Below are positions 1 through 9,242 of a DNA stretch of 64,000 bases, in pieces. The stretch's first letter is position 1. The number at the start of each line of letters is the position of its first letter. The notes beneath the pieces are model-generated. The model was not told the DNA's origin and made no database searches. It saw only the letters and a list, made by a program, of their open reading frames with translations. The stretch spans positions 6,734 to 70,733 of the forward strand of contig CALKPL010000025.1 of NCBI GenBank assembly GCA_937991645.1, given 5' to 3'. A program made the position numbers and the translations under genes. The stretch is from an uncultured Clostridia bacterium. GTDB taxonomy: Bacteria > Bacillota > Clostridia > Oscillospirales > UMGS1783.

Positions 1-395
1 GTGTGGAGACCTGTGATTTTGTCACGGCCGTACCGCTCTCCAAACGGAAGCTCGCCAGCCGCGGCTTTAATCAGTCGGAACTGATCGGAAGAGCCTATGC
101 GAGTTACACAGGCAAAACATATATGGCCGGCGTGCTGACCAAGACGAAAGAAAATCAGACGCAGTCGGCTCTGCGCGACGCAAAGCGGAGAGTGGAAAAC
201 GTGAAAGACTGCTATGAGGTGCGCGATCCGTCGCTTGTGCGCGGAAAGCGGATATTGCTGGTCGACGACGTGTACACCACCGGCGCGACAATCCGCGAAT
301 GCGCGCGCGTACTTCGCAGGGCCGGCGCGGAAACGGTGTGCGGCCTGACAGCTGCGACTGCGCACGGTCAGAATACAAAAATTTACAAAAAGTAA
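1..395 (+). CDS. comF: ComF-family phosphoribosyltransferase-like protein, C-terminal part (5-prime end lies outside the window)
   Basis: The frame is open to the window edge. It contains VPLSKRKLASRGFNQSELI and the PRPP-binding motif LLVDDVYTTGATI typical of ComFC. Stop codon at 393-395. Confidence 0.8.
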   Translation, partial: VETCDFVTAVPLSKRKLASRGFNQSELIGRAYASYTGKTYMAGVLTKTKENQTQSALRDAKRRVENVKDCYEVRDPSLVRGKRILLVDDVYTTGATIRECARVLRRAGAETVCGLTAATAHGQNTKIYKK

Positions 396-467
396 AAAGC
401 AAACGCCGGTCAATACTAAGAGCAGGAGCGAAATTTTGGTCGCTGCAATTCATGTGACGAGGGGTGT

Positions 468-1448
468 TTGCTGTTGTTTGGCTTGGATTTGGGCATTGAT
501 CTTGGAACAGCTACCATTTTGATATATGTGAAGGGCAAGGGCATCGTGCTCAACGAACCCACAGTAGTGGCCGTGGACAGGGATACCGGCAGGGTGCTCA
601 AGGTTGGCCGGGAAGCGCTGGAGATGCTCGGGCGCACGCCGGTCGGCGTTGATGTGATCCGGCCGCTGAAAGACGGCGTGATTTCAGATTATCAGACCAC
701 GGAAAAAATGCTCAAGTACTTTATCAAGCAGGTCAGCGGATTTCAGCTTGTGCGGCCGCGCGCCGTCGTGTGCGTGCCAAGCTGTGTCACCGAAGTGGAG
801 AACCGGGCGGTTAAGGACGCCTGCGAACGGGCGGGCGTAAAGCGCGTCGAGATCATTGAGGAGCCGGTTGCCGCCGCGATCGGCGCCGGGATCGACATTT
901 CTCAGCCAAGCGGGCGCATGGTGATCGATATAGGCGGCGGAACGGCTGATATCGCCGTTATTTCATTTTCAGGCGTGGTTGTGTCCACATCGGTAAAAAT
1001 GGGCGGAGACAAGTTTGACGAGGCGATAGTTCGCTATGTAAGAAAAAAACACAAGGTGCTGATTGGCGAGCGGACTGCGGAACAGATTAAGAAACAGATC
1101 GGCTGCGTCACAGCGCGGCCCAAAGAGCTTCTGGTGAAGGTGAAGGGGCGGTGTATGGTGACCGGCCTGCCGAAACAGATCACATTGTCTTCGGAGGAGG
1201 TCCGGGAAGCGGTACAGGAGTGCGCAGCGGCGATCGGCGACGCAGCGCGGCGCGTGCTGGAGGAAACGCCGCCGGAACTTGCGAGCGATATTTTTTTGAA
1301 CGGCGTTGTTATGACCGGCGGCGGATCTCTGATTTACGGGATAGACCGATACCTGGCCGACGTCCTCAGCGTTCCGGTGTCCGTTGCCGAACGAGCGGAG
1401 GAGTGCGTGGGCGTCGGGACGGGCGAATCTCTGCAGTTTATATCGTAG
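468..1448 (+). CDS. mreB: Rod shape-determining actin homologue MreB/Mbl
   Basis: 326-aa ORF with actin-fold motifs GIDLGTA, MVIDIGGGTADIAVIS and MTGGGSL. Starts at TTG 468 (or 474) after GAGGGG. Confidence 0.93.
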   Translation: MLLFGLDLGIDLGTATILIYVKGKGIVLNEPTVVAVDRDTGRVLKVGREALEMLGRTPVGVDVIRPLKDGVISDYQTTEKMLKYFIKQVSGFQLVRPRAVVCVPSCVTEVENRAVKDACERAGVKRVEIIEEPVAAAIGAGIDISQPSGRMVIDIGGGTADIAVISFSGVVVSTSVKMGGDKFDEAIVRYVRKKHKVLIGERTAEQIKKQIGCVTARPKELLVKVKGRCMVTGLPKQITLSSEEVREAVQECAAAIGDAARRVLEETPPELASDIFLNGVVMTGGGSLIYGIDRYLADVLSVPVSVAERAEECVGVGTGESLQFIS

Positions 1449-1550
1449 CGCAGGCCAAAGCCGTGTTGTTCCGCCCGCCTGCTTCAGCGTGCGTTTTAAG
1501 AAAACAGAGAGGGACGGCTGTGCGTCGTCCCTCGAAATATTTCTTATCTT

Positions 1551-1576
1551 ACCGCCTTTTTTCAGGCGGTTTTTTA
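1551..1576 (+). terminator. Intrinsic terminator after mreB
   Basis: Stem ACCGCC / GGCGGT followed by TTTTT. A second hairpin lies upstream at 1509-1533 (GAGGGACG / CGTCCCTC). Confidence 0.6.
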
Positions 1577-1976
1577 TGCGTAAAACAGTCCTGTCGGGTC
1601 TGTTTGTTGCCGCCGGAGTTGAACAAACAGAGAGATCCTGTGTGCGGGTGATTGCAATCCGGGGATCCTTTACAGGGAAGGTCCTTCCACGCCCCAGGTC
1701 TGAAAAACGTGCGTCGGGCAATCTCACGAACAACCGGGACGGAAATGGAAAGAAAGGCGAAGCCCGAGAGCAAGGCCGAGACATATGGGAATCAACCGTC
1801 GCCCACGGCTGCTGGCCGTAAGAACCGCGCTGTGTCAGCGCATAAACCGTACGGCCAGTCTGCGGGCAAAAGAAAAAATCCCTATGCGGCCTAGCGTATT
1901 CCGGAAGTCTGGATGTGCCGAGGCTTACGGCTTGCGAAGTCTGCGCCGCGCCGGCCGGTTGGTTATCTCTGCGGGT

Positions 1977-2609
1977 TTATCCGTTGTCCACGGACAAAAC
2001 AACGAGCAGGATACCCGATTTTACGGAGATTTCCGCAAAGTCCGCCCGGAATTCATTGCTGACGCCGATCGGGTAGTTCTGCGTGAGCACAGCGTCTGTA
2101 AGCGGGTATTCAACGCCGCGCAGGGTGACGCCGGTGCAGGTTTCCGTATAGGCGAATACGGACAGTTTTCGGCCCGGCACGCATGCGACGGTGCGTGCGG
2201 CGTTTTCGATGAAAAATGCGGTCGTGTCGCCGTCCAGCAGCGCGGCGTCCGCGCCTTGGCTGTGCGCATAGGCCAGCGTCTGTACGCTGGCGATGGAATG
2301 GTCAAACCTGCCGCCGATTCCGCCTACAATGGCGATTTCCGCAAAGCCCTGGTCGATGGCATAGCGGACGCAGGCCATGGTGTCCGTATCATCCTTGTGC
2401 ATGGGCAGACGGACGATCTTGCAAACTGGATTTTCAGGCGCGGCCATGGAATCAAAATCTCCGATCAGCAGATCGGGCCGTACGCCTTCGCGCATGGCGA
2501 GAGCGTATCCGCCGTCCGCACACAGAACGAAATCATCGTCCCGTAGCCGGATCGATTCGCGGACCGACGAAGTATTATATGCGCTGATGATGACGCAGCG
2601 CCTTTGCAT
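1977..2609 (-). CDS. thiN: Thiamine diphosphokinase
   Basis: 210-aa ORF with FVLCADGG and LLIGDFDS motifs and a C-terminal thiamine-binding-type domain. Confidence 0.85.
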   Translation of the reverse strand: MQRRCVIISAYNTSSVRESIRLRDDDFVLCADGGYALAMREGVRPDLLIGDFDSMAAPENPVCKIVRLPMHKDDTDTMACVRYAIDQGFAEIAIVGGIGGRFDHSIASVQTLAYAHSQGADAALLDGDTTAFFIENAARTVACVPGRKLSVFAYTETCTGVTLRGVEYPLTDAVLTQNYPIGVSNEFRADFAEISVKSGILLVVLSVDNG

Positions 2610-3285
2610 GACAAATCGCCTCCTGTGAAAGCGCGGTTGCGCAATCGGATTCTAAAAGGTATCATCCATATACCACAACATGAAAATTGATCTGCGATAA
2701 CAGATGTTCCCGCTCCATAGTGAATAACACTGGTAAACCCATGCATTCCGGTATGGAGACGTTTTCCTGCGTATAAAAAATGAAACCGGGAGCCGGATGT
2801 TACATAATCAAACGAATGATTACGCCTGCCCGGCATGCGTCCAAAACGAACCCAGTTTCTCCAATGCCAGTATAAACGATCATGCACGAAATGTCAACAG
2901 ACGGATATGCGGACAGCGTATGCGCAATGCCGTTTCATCCCTGTGCTGTACGTCTGAAACGTCTACGCTGTCCGAGCGGTACGCAAGAAGCAGATACTGT
3001 TTCTAACCCCAGCATACGTCCGATGACCGCCTTTGATTTCCGCAGCACCAAGTGTATCAGATGCCAGGCGGAATTCAATAGACTGGCCGACGGCGTGGCT
3101 AGGCGCGCCGTGGACCAGGTCCAAACAGCGTTTGTGGAATCGATGGGGTCCGGCAAGTTTACAGCATCATATTTACTAAAAGCGATTGCCCAATATAAAC
3201 TGTTTCAGATGGGCCGACAGCAACGGCCAAGAACGCGGTTGCCCGACTGGTCAATAAAGCCTTGCCCGCAAACATCAAGCAGTAT

Positions 3286-3361
3286 AAAAAAAGAAGGGGG
3301 GCATGCGACGAATGGAAAACCCCCTCGCCCAATGTCCGAACCGAACATGCCGGATTCCCTC
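3286..3361 (-). ncRNA. Candidate short transcript (~75 nt) bracketed by a sigma-A-like promoter and an intrinsic terminator
   Basis: On the minus strand, -35 TTGACT (3391-3396), a 17-nt spacer and -10 TATATT (3368-3373). A G6/C5 hairpin (3296-3326) is followed by a 7-8 nt U-run (3286-3292). There is no SD-preceded ORF inside. Confidence 0.3.
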
Positions 3362-3417
3362 TGTAGTAATATATCAAATAATTCCAGGTAAGTCAAATAA
3401 ATCGGGTATAATAATAG

Positions 3418-3446
3418 TTGACTTTTTCGAGTTAAAGTGTTAAAAT
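3418..3446 (+). promoter_or_regulatory. Sigma-A-type promoter for the yerC-like gene
   Basis: TTGACT (3418-3423), a 17-nt spacer and TAAAAT (3441-3446). GGTGA lies 6 nt before the ATG at 3464. Confidence 0.55.
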
Positions 3447-3463
3447 CTAATTGGTGATGCATA

Positions 3464-3751
3464 ATGAATGAAAAGCTGAAAAACAATGAGACACAGCAGC
3501 TGTTTGAGGCATTTTTACAGCTGCGCACCGTTGATGAATGCGCCAATCTGTTTGACGACCTCTGTACGGCGAACGAGATCCGGTCCCTTGCCCAAAGGCT
3601 TGTCGTAGCGAAGCTGCTGCGCAAAGGGATGTCCTATGTAGACATCGTCAAACAGACGGGGGCGAGCACCGCGACCATATCCCGTGTCAACCGCTGTCTG
3701 CAGTATGGGAGCGACGGCTACAACACGGTTTTGGATCGGATAGAGGCGTAA
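3464..3751 (+). CDS. YerC/YecD-family TrpR-like protein
   Basis: 95-aa ORF. ANEIRSLAQRL and SYVDIVKQTGASTATISRVNRCL form a helix-turn-helix typical of the YerC/YecD family. Confidence 0.85.
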   Translation: MNEKLKNNETQQLFEAFLQLRTVDECANLFDDLCTANEIRSLAQRLVVAKLLRKGMSYVDIVKQTGASTATISRVNRCLQYGSDGYNTVLDRIEA

Positions 3752-3754
3752 CAA

Positions 3755-4480
3755 ATGGCAGGGTATCAAACGCTGGCGAGGTATTACGACAGCTTTTTTG
3801 AACCTGGATATCTGCAAAAGCTGCATGCGGCCTATGCGCGCCTGCTGCATGCGGCCGGCGTGCCGGCGGGAGCGCGCGTGCTGGATGCGGGCTGCGGCAC
3901 CGGTCTGCTTTCGTTTGCCCTGCATAAGGCGGGATATGACGTATATGGGCTCGATTTAAGCGAGAACATGGTGGATACGGCGCGGGAAAAGGCCGCGGCG
4001 GCGGGACTTGCGCCGGAGCGGTTTCAGGTTGCCGACGCCGCCCGCTTTGCGCTGGATCTGGAGTTTGACGCTGTGGTGAGCGCGCTGGACGTAGTGAATC
4101 ACATTTTGTCTCCGCAGGATGTGCTGGGCGTATTCCGGAACGTGTACCGGCATCTGCGCGCCGGCGGCGTATATATATTTGACGTAAATACGGAAAAGCG
4201 CTTCCGTCTGGAATACGGCGAGAACATCTATGTCTATGAAACGGACGGCTGTTATTGTGTTTGGAAAAACGCGTACGAGCCGGACTTGGGTGTTTGCCGG
4301 ATGGATCTCGACCTGTTCGAGAAACGCGGGGAGGCATATGTGCGTTCCACAGATGCGCTCTACGAGCGCTTGTATCGAGGGGCGCTGCTGCGAAAACTCC
4401 TGCGCTACGCCGGCTTTGGGCGTATACGGGAGGAGCGCGCAGAGCGCGGCTGCCGGAAAATCTACACTGCAAAAAAATAA
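3755..4480 (+). CDS. Class I SAM-dependent methyltransferase
   Basis: 241-aa ORF with motif I VLDAGCGTGLLS and an acidic loop YGLDLSENM. It starts 3 nt after the yerC-like stop. Confidence 0.85.
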   Translation: MAGYQTLARYYDSFFEPGYLQKLHAAYARLLHAAGVPAGARVLDAGCGTGLLSFALHKAGYDVYGLDLSENMVDTAREKAAAAGLAPERFQVADAARFALDLEFDAVVSALDVVNHILSPQDVLGVFRNVYRHLRAGGVYIFDVNTEKRFRLEYGENIYVYETDGCYCVWKNAYEPDLGVCRMDLDLFEKRGEAYVRSTDALYERLYRGALLRKLLRYAGFGRIREERAERGCRKIYTAKK

Positions 4481-4508
4481 GAGCGGATTCATTCCGCTCT
4501 TATTTTTT
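4479..4508. terminator. Bidirectional intrinsic terminator
   Basis: AAGAGCGGA / TCCGCTCTT stem with an A-run upstream and a T-run downstream. It overlaps the methyltransferase stop codon. Confidence 0.75.
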
Positions 4509-4727
4509 GTTTGGGAGACCCACTGGCTCAGCCGTTGGCAACCGCTGTAAAAAGCATTTGCTTCAAGCATTGCGTGAATTGCGCCGCAGCAATGATTTTC
4601 GGCAATCGCCAGGTTGCGGGCCGCAGGTTGGTTGCCGCAGGCAAAACAGAGTGCAGTGCGCAGTCATAGCCGCCCGCCGGCAACCAAGCATTGCAGGGCA
4701 AACCAAGCCGATGGATGTGATTTTACC

Positions 4728-6128
4728 TTACCAGGTGTCGCTGAAATCTTCGCCGCTGTTGAGCTTGTCGATGCTGTCGATCAGTTTGTCAATATATACG
4801 GAGGATACGCTGAAACTCCCCGTGTCGTTCAACTCCATGTAGTAAAGTCTGTCGTTCAACGGATAAAAGGCGATGGTATCGTTTTTCCGGTCTTCGGCGT
4901 TGTAGCGGACCGTGATACGTACGGCTGGTTCGGCGCCCTCCGGTTTTTCCGCAAAGTCCGTAATGCGGGAGGAGATGATAATCTTGAAGAGCTTTGTAAA
5001 CAGGTCCGCGTCGATCTGTTCGTTGTCAAGAGTCACTGCGAGTTGACCGCTGTCGCGGTTGAGACCATAGACATAACTGTCGTCGGGCATGTCTATGACG
5101 ACCCGCTCAACAAGGTTGATATCCCGGTTGAACTGGTTGGAGTTGACAAGGCCGAGCTGATCAAATCTGTGCAGATTGATGCGTGCCGCGAGGATAGAAT
5201 ATATGGTGTCATCGCCCTCACGGTACACGTTGCAGAAGCCGTTCTTAATTTCACTGAAATACAGCGTTACATCCTCCGGGTTCTCGACGTGTTCATAGGT
5301 ATAGCTAAGAGTATAAGCAGGATTGTCGAGGTTGTACGTAGCGAGGTCATCTTCGGTGAACTCTATTTTCTGGATCCGAGCCGCAGTCAGCATGCCGACC
5401 GATTCAAAGTAATCGATAATGTTTGCATTGTCACCGATCGCAGAGAAGGGGGCTGTGATTTTATACAGGCCGCTGGCGTTGTAAAACGCCTCTTCCTCTT
5501 CGGATAAGGTGCTAATGGAAATCATCGGCTCGCCGTTGTGCGTCAACTCAAAATTCTCAAACAGATAGCCGGTGTCCTCCTCGTAGAGCGGAGTGATCCG
5601 TTTGCTGAGGAATGTGTTCTGATCCTTAAAATAAAAGTACAGGTAATCTTCTTCCACGCCGTACACCGTATCGTCGCCTTCAATCATGACGTAGTAGGCG
5701 GTGTTGCTCGGCATCATATCTCCGACGAGGACGGTCATCTTTTTGCCTTCGGTATTGGTCACAGTCGCCTTTGCCTGCGGGTCGTTTAATCCATAGATCG
5801 ACAGGTCTTCCACATTGGATTCGATCGTGTCGTAGGCCTGCAGCTGCCGGCTCAGGCGTAGGACGGTGTTCGTTTCCGTGCTGTCATAATACCGATCCTC
5901 GTACCCCTCAAGCGTAACGCCGCCGTCCTGGAAGAGAAATGTAAAGTGCGCGTCTTCGTTCTGAACCTCAATGGATTCGATGTCATCCGTGTTCAGCGCA
6001 TAGAGGGTCTTTGGCCGGATCAGGCTGTTGTCTTCATTGCGCGGAAGGAAGAAGAAGACCACGATCAGGACAACGGCAAGCAGAATGACAAACAGTCCCG
6101 CAATAATGATCTTTGTGCTCTGCTTCAT
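4728..6128 (-). CDS. DUF4340-like membrane-anchored protein (ABC-2/GldG accessory component)
   Basis: 466-aa ORF with an N-terminal TM helix (IIIAGLFVILLAVVLIVVFFF). Its position directly after a GldG-like gene is the usual DUF4340 context. Confidence 0.7.
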   Translation of the reverse strand: MKQSTKIIIAGLFVILLAVVLIVVFFFLPRNEDNSLIRPKTLYALNTDDIESIEVQNEDAHFTFLFQDGGVTLEGYEDRYYDSTETNTVLRLSRQLQAYDTIESNVEDLSIYGLNDPQAKATVTNTEGKKMTVLVGDMMPSNTAYYVMIEGDDTVYGVEEDYLYFYFKDQNTFLSKRITPLYEEDTGYLFENFELTHNGEPMISISTLSEEEEAFYNASGLYKITAPFSAIGDNANIIDYFESVGMLTAARIQKIEFTEDDLATYNLDNPAYTLSYTYEHVENPEDVTLYFSEIKNGFCNVYREGDDTIYSILAARINLHRFDQLGLVNSNQFNRDINLVERVVIDMPDDSYVYGLNRDSGQLAVTLDNEQIDADLFTKLFKIIISSRITDFAEKPEGAEPAVRITVRYNAEDRKNDTIAFYPLNDRLYYMELNDTGSFSVSSVYIDKLIDSIDKLNSGEDFSDTW

Positions 6129-6129
6129 A

Positions 6130-7557
6130 TTACATATGCCTCCGCTTCATATAGACGGCCAGGCCGCAGGCGGCGACCGCCAGCGGGATTGCGATCGAGA
6201 AGATCAGGAAAAATACGGTTTTGTTGGTAGTGCTGGAGAAGGGGAGCAGAGGCGTCTCCATATTTTTCGGGAAGATGATGATGTTGCTGCGGTTGGGATT
6301 CATATAGTCCGTGATCTGCAGCATATACTCCTTGTTGCCGTAAGTGGATGAGATAAATTCGTCCGAAATGATATTGTAAGAGCCGCTGACGACAAGGTTG
6401 GAACCCTGGTCGGCGTCTACCGGCTGCCGGTGCGCATACATCATGACGGCGGACGTCTGCTCCGGGTCGTTACTCGGATCCGCCTCGTTCTGCACATCCT
6501 CCACGTACTGCGTATAGTTGAGCGTCATCAACATAGGCGTGACGGTGATGTCGTCACGCTGGCTGTACACAGCGGAAAGGGGACGGGTGATATAGGAGAC
6601 CAGCGTCAGGTTTTTATAATAGATGCCGGCGGAGTTGACGTCGCTGAAATCAACGAGCATGGCGAGGTTCTCCTGGTCGATCGAGTAGTTGGTATTGTAC
6701 AGGTACCCGTCGTCGACCGAGATGCCCCATTCTTCCATGAACCCCTGAAGGTTGGGCAACTCGTCCTGTACGGGGGACATGAAGATGAACACGTTTTTGC
6801 CGTATTGTCCGCCATTGAGCAGGAAAGCTTCAAGCCGCTCAATTTCCAAATCGGAAAAGTCCTGCCGCGGCTGGAAAATCATGACATAGTCAGCGTCTTC
6901 CGGCAGCTCTCTGGCGACGAGATTGTGTTCATACACCCTATAGTTATTGCCGATCAGCAGGTTCAGAAACTCGGTGGGCGAACTCTCCTGGTGGTTGGTA
7001 GTAATATAGATGTTCGGATATTCGTCCCTGCACACATAGTCGATGGCCGAGACGAGCAGGTATTCCGCCTTGGACTCGCCGATCATGCTGGAATTGGTCG
7101 AGGACGCCTCAAACATGGTGGACACGTCGAGGATCCGGTATTTCTGCACGTCGTCCTTGAGCCGGACCAGCACGGAAGTCAGCTCCAGGCCGACGGAGTA
7201 TGGTTGCGCAATATCGGGATTTTTGTCAATACTCTGAAAGGATACGGTGACATTATCCTTATACTCGCCGATCTCCTCTATAATTTCGGCTACAGAGGAC
7301 ATATAAATATTTCCGTTGTACGCGATCCGGTCCTGGCAGGCGATGATTTCCACTTCCTTGGTTGCAACCTTGTCAAGCGCGTCTCTGCCTTCGCCGGACA
7401 GGGAGTATCGGTTGCTGCCTGAAAAGTCGAATCTTACAGAGAATACGTTGACGAGCACGTTGACAAGAACAAGGATCACAAGTACAATCGCAATATAAAT
7501 CCAGGAAGTAATCCGGTATTTTTTGGAGGCGCTTTTCGGTTCCGTTTTCGTTTTCAT
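6130..7557 (-). CDS. GldG-like ABC-transporter auxiliary protein
   Basis: 475-aa ORF with TM helices at both ends and a large extracytoplasmic domain. It lies immediately downstream of the ABC-2 permease and ATPase genes. Confidence 0.7.
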   Translation of the reverse strand: MKTKTEPKSASKKYRITSWIYIAIVLVILVLVNVLVNVFSVRFDFSGSNRYSLSGEGRDALDKVATKEVEIIACQDRIAYNGNIYMSSVAEIIEEIGEYKDNVTVSFQSIDKNPDIAQPYSVGLELTSVLVRLKDDVQKYRILDVSTMFEASSTNSSMIGESKAEYLLVSAIDYVCRDEYPNIYITTNHQESSPTEFLNLLIGNNYRVYEHNLVARELPEDADYVMIFQPRQDFSDLEIERLEAFLLNGGQYGKNVFIFMSPVQDELPNLQGFMEEWGISVDDGYLYNTNYSIDQENLAMLVDFSDVNSAGIYYKNLTLVSYITRPLSAVYSQRDDITVTPMLMTLNYTQYVEDVQNEADPSNDPEQTSAVMMYAHRQPVDADQGSNLVVSGSYNIISDEFISSTYGNKEYMLQITDYMNPNRSNIIIFPKNMETPLLPFSSTTNKTVFFLIFSIAIPLAVAACGLAVYMKRRHM

Positions 7558-7572
7558 GTGTACCTCCAGTCT

Positions 7573-8280
7573 CTATTCCCAACGCTTTTTTTCCACGACC
7601 CGGATGGTCAGGAAAATAAAGAGCGCGGTCAGGCTTATAAAGTATACGAGATGGCTCAGCGAGAAGATACCCTGGGACATCTGCGTATATTTCTGGCTCA
7701 GGGACAGCCAGTACAAGATATTGGTGATGAACGTACTGGGGATGAACTGAATAAAGCTCTCGGCAAGATACAGGAAAAACAGCGCGCAGAAGGTTGCGAT
7801 GGCCGCGACGACCTGGCTGTCGGTGAGCGACGAAATGAACAGACCCACGCTGATGAACAGGGCGCCGTAGAGCAGCAGGCCCAAAATCCCGCTGACGACC
7901 GTGATAAACGGGATGGTCGTGTAAAGATATATGAAACCGGCGAAAATCAGAGTAGAGAGAACGCCGATGGCATACACGGTGAAAGCCGCGAGGAATTTCC
8001 CCATCGCAATCCCGGCCGCCGAGACGGGCGAGGTGAGCAGAAGCACTTCCGTGCGATTCTTCTTGTCCTCGGTCATAATGCGCATCGTTAATATCACGGT
8101 AAATATAATCAGATACAGCGGTGTGATCGCCGAGTAAAAGGTCTGCATATCCGCGATGTTGTTGTAAATATTGTTAAAGACGAATGTGGTGCCCAGGATG
8201 AACAGGAAGATGGTGAGAAATACAAATCCCATCGACGTAATAAAGTAGGATTTCAGTTCCCGTTTGAATATGGCTGTCAT
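7573..8280 (-). CDS. ABC-2 family transporter permease
   Basis: 235-aa polytopic membrane ORF. There is a 4-nt overlap with the upstream ATPase gene. Confidence 0.85.
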   Translation of the reverse strand: MTAIFKRELKSYFITSMGFVFLTIFLFILGTTFVFNNIYNNIADMQTFYSAITPLYLIIFTVILTMRIMTEDKKNRTEVLLLTSPVSAAGIAMGKFLAAFTVYAIGVLSTLIFAGFIYLYTTIPFITVVSGILGLLLYGALFISVGLFISSLTDSQVVAAIATFCALFFLYLAESFIQFIPSTFITNILYWLSLSQKYTQMSQGIFSLSHLVYFISLTALFIFLTIRVVEKKRWE

Positions 8281-9242
8281 GATGCGTCGCCTCCCTTGTC
8301 CGGCGTGTCGGCTGTCAGTTCGAGGAATATGTCCTCCAGCGAAACCTCGCTGCCTCTCGACGAGAGCAGCGGCCAGTTCCTTGCTGCGAGCAGGCTGAAT
8401 ACGGAAAAGCGCAGGTCCTTGCCCTCTTTGCCTTCGATGACGTAGTCGTAAACGCCCTCTTCTTTCAGCCCCTGCTTTTTCACTTTGCGCACGCCGTCAA
8501 GGCCCGTGAGCGCCCTGTAGACGTCCTGCTCGGGTCCGGCGATGCGCACCAGCAGGTTATTGCGCTGCACCAGGTTCTTGGCAAGGTTGGCCGGCGTGTC
8601 GTTTGCGAGCAGTTTCCCCTTGTTGATAACAACCACGCGGTCGCTGACGGCCTGTACCTCGGAGAGAATGTGCGAGGAGAGGATGACCGTATGGCTGCGG
8701 CCGATGAATTTGATCAGGTTTCGGATCTCAATGATCTCCTTCGGGTCGAGGCCGACCGTAGGCTCGTCCAGCACCAGCAGATCGGGACTGTTGATGAGCG
8801 CCTGGGCAAGCCCGACGCGCTGTCTGTATCCCTTGGAGAGGTTCTTGATCAGGCGTTTGGCGACGTGGTTAATCTTGACGAGTTTGCACACCTCTTCAAT
8901 ATGTTCCGGTATGTGCTTTTTTACGCCCTTGAGATTGCAGATGAAGGTCAGGTATTCCGTCACCGACATCTCCACATACAATGGGGGCAACTCCGGCAGA
9001 TAACCAATTTTCCGCTTCGCTTCGATGGGGTTTTCCAGAATGTCGATCCCATCGATGAGCACGCGGCCCTCCGTAGACGACAAATAGCCGGTCAAGATAT
9101 TCATCGTCGTACTCTTGCCGGCTCCGTTCGGACCCAGAAGGCCCAGTATTTGTCCAGGTTCAATGGAGAAGGAGAGGTCGTCCACCGCAACGATTTTCCC
9201 GTACCGTTTGGTCAGGTGTTGCACTTCGATCATAAACCGCAA
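8277..9242 (-). CDS. ABC transporter ATP-binding protein
   Basis: Walker A GPNGAGKST, signature LSKGYRQR, Walker B LLVLDEP and H-loop SSHIL. The start may instead be the ATG at 9233. Confidence 0.95.
   Translation of the reverse strand: MRFMIEVQHLTKRYGKIVAVDDLSFSIEPGQILGLLGPNGAGKSTTMNILTGYLSSTEGRVLIDGIDILENPIEAKRKIGYLPELPPLYVEMSVTEYLTFICNLKGVKKHIPEHIEEVCKLVKINHVAKRLIKNLSKGYRQRVGLAQALINSPDLLVLDEPTVGLDPKEIIEIRNLIKFIGRSHTVILSSHILSEVQAVSDRVVVINKGKLLANDTPANLAKNLVQRNNLLVRIAGPEQDVYRALTGLDGVRKVKKQGLKEEGVYDYVIEGKEGKDLRFSVFSLLAARNWPLLSSRGSEVSLEDIFLELTADTPDKGGDAS

Noticed and set aside
1650-1830. Short matches to bacterial RNase P RNA conserved elements (GGGAAGGUCC resembling GGAAAGUCC, and GAGCAAGGCCGAG resembling GAGCAAGGCCAAAU)
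   Set aside because: The motifs are not colinear with either type A or type B RNase P RNA. The P4 3-prime strand (ACAGAA...GGCUUA) is absent, and the GGUAAGAGC-like element is in the wrong order. I judge this a chance resemblance. Only an Infernal scan could overturn that.
3387-3396. An identical 10-mer TTGACTTACC forms the -35 region of both the candidate sRNA promoter (3387-3396, minus strand) and the aldo/keto reductase promoter (53954-53963, minus strand)
   Set aside because: With only two occurrences and four extra matching bases beyond the -35 hexamer, this is most simply coincidence. I found no further shared sequence.
6430-7422. 330-aa plus-strand ORF opposite the GldG-like gene. Other antisense ORFs of the same kind are 969-1784, 4614-5507, 10059-10886, 27245-28006, 30886-31881, 54839-55723 and 58288-59367.
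   Set aside because: All lie opposite better-supported genes. They lack SD sequences and recognisable motifs and have skewed Arg/His/Val/Gly composition.
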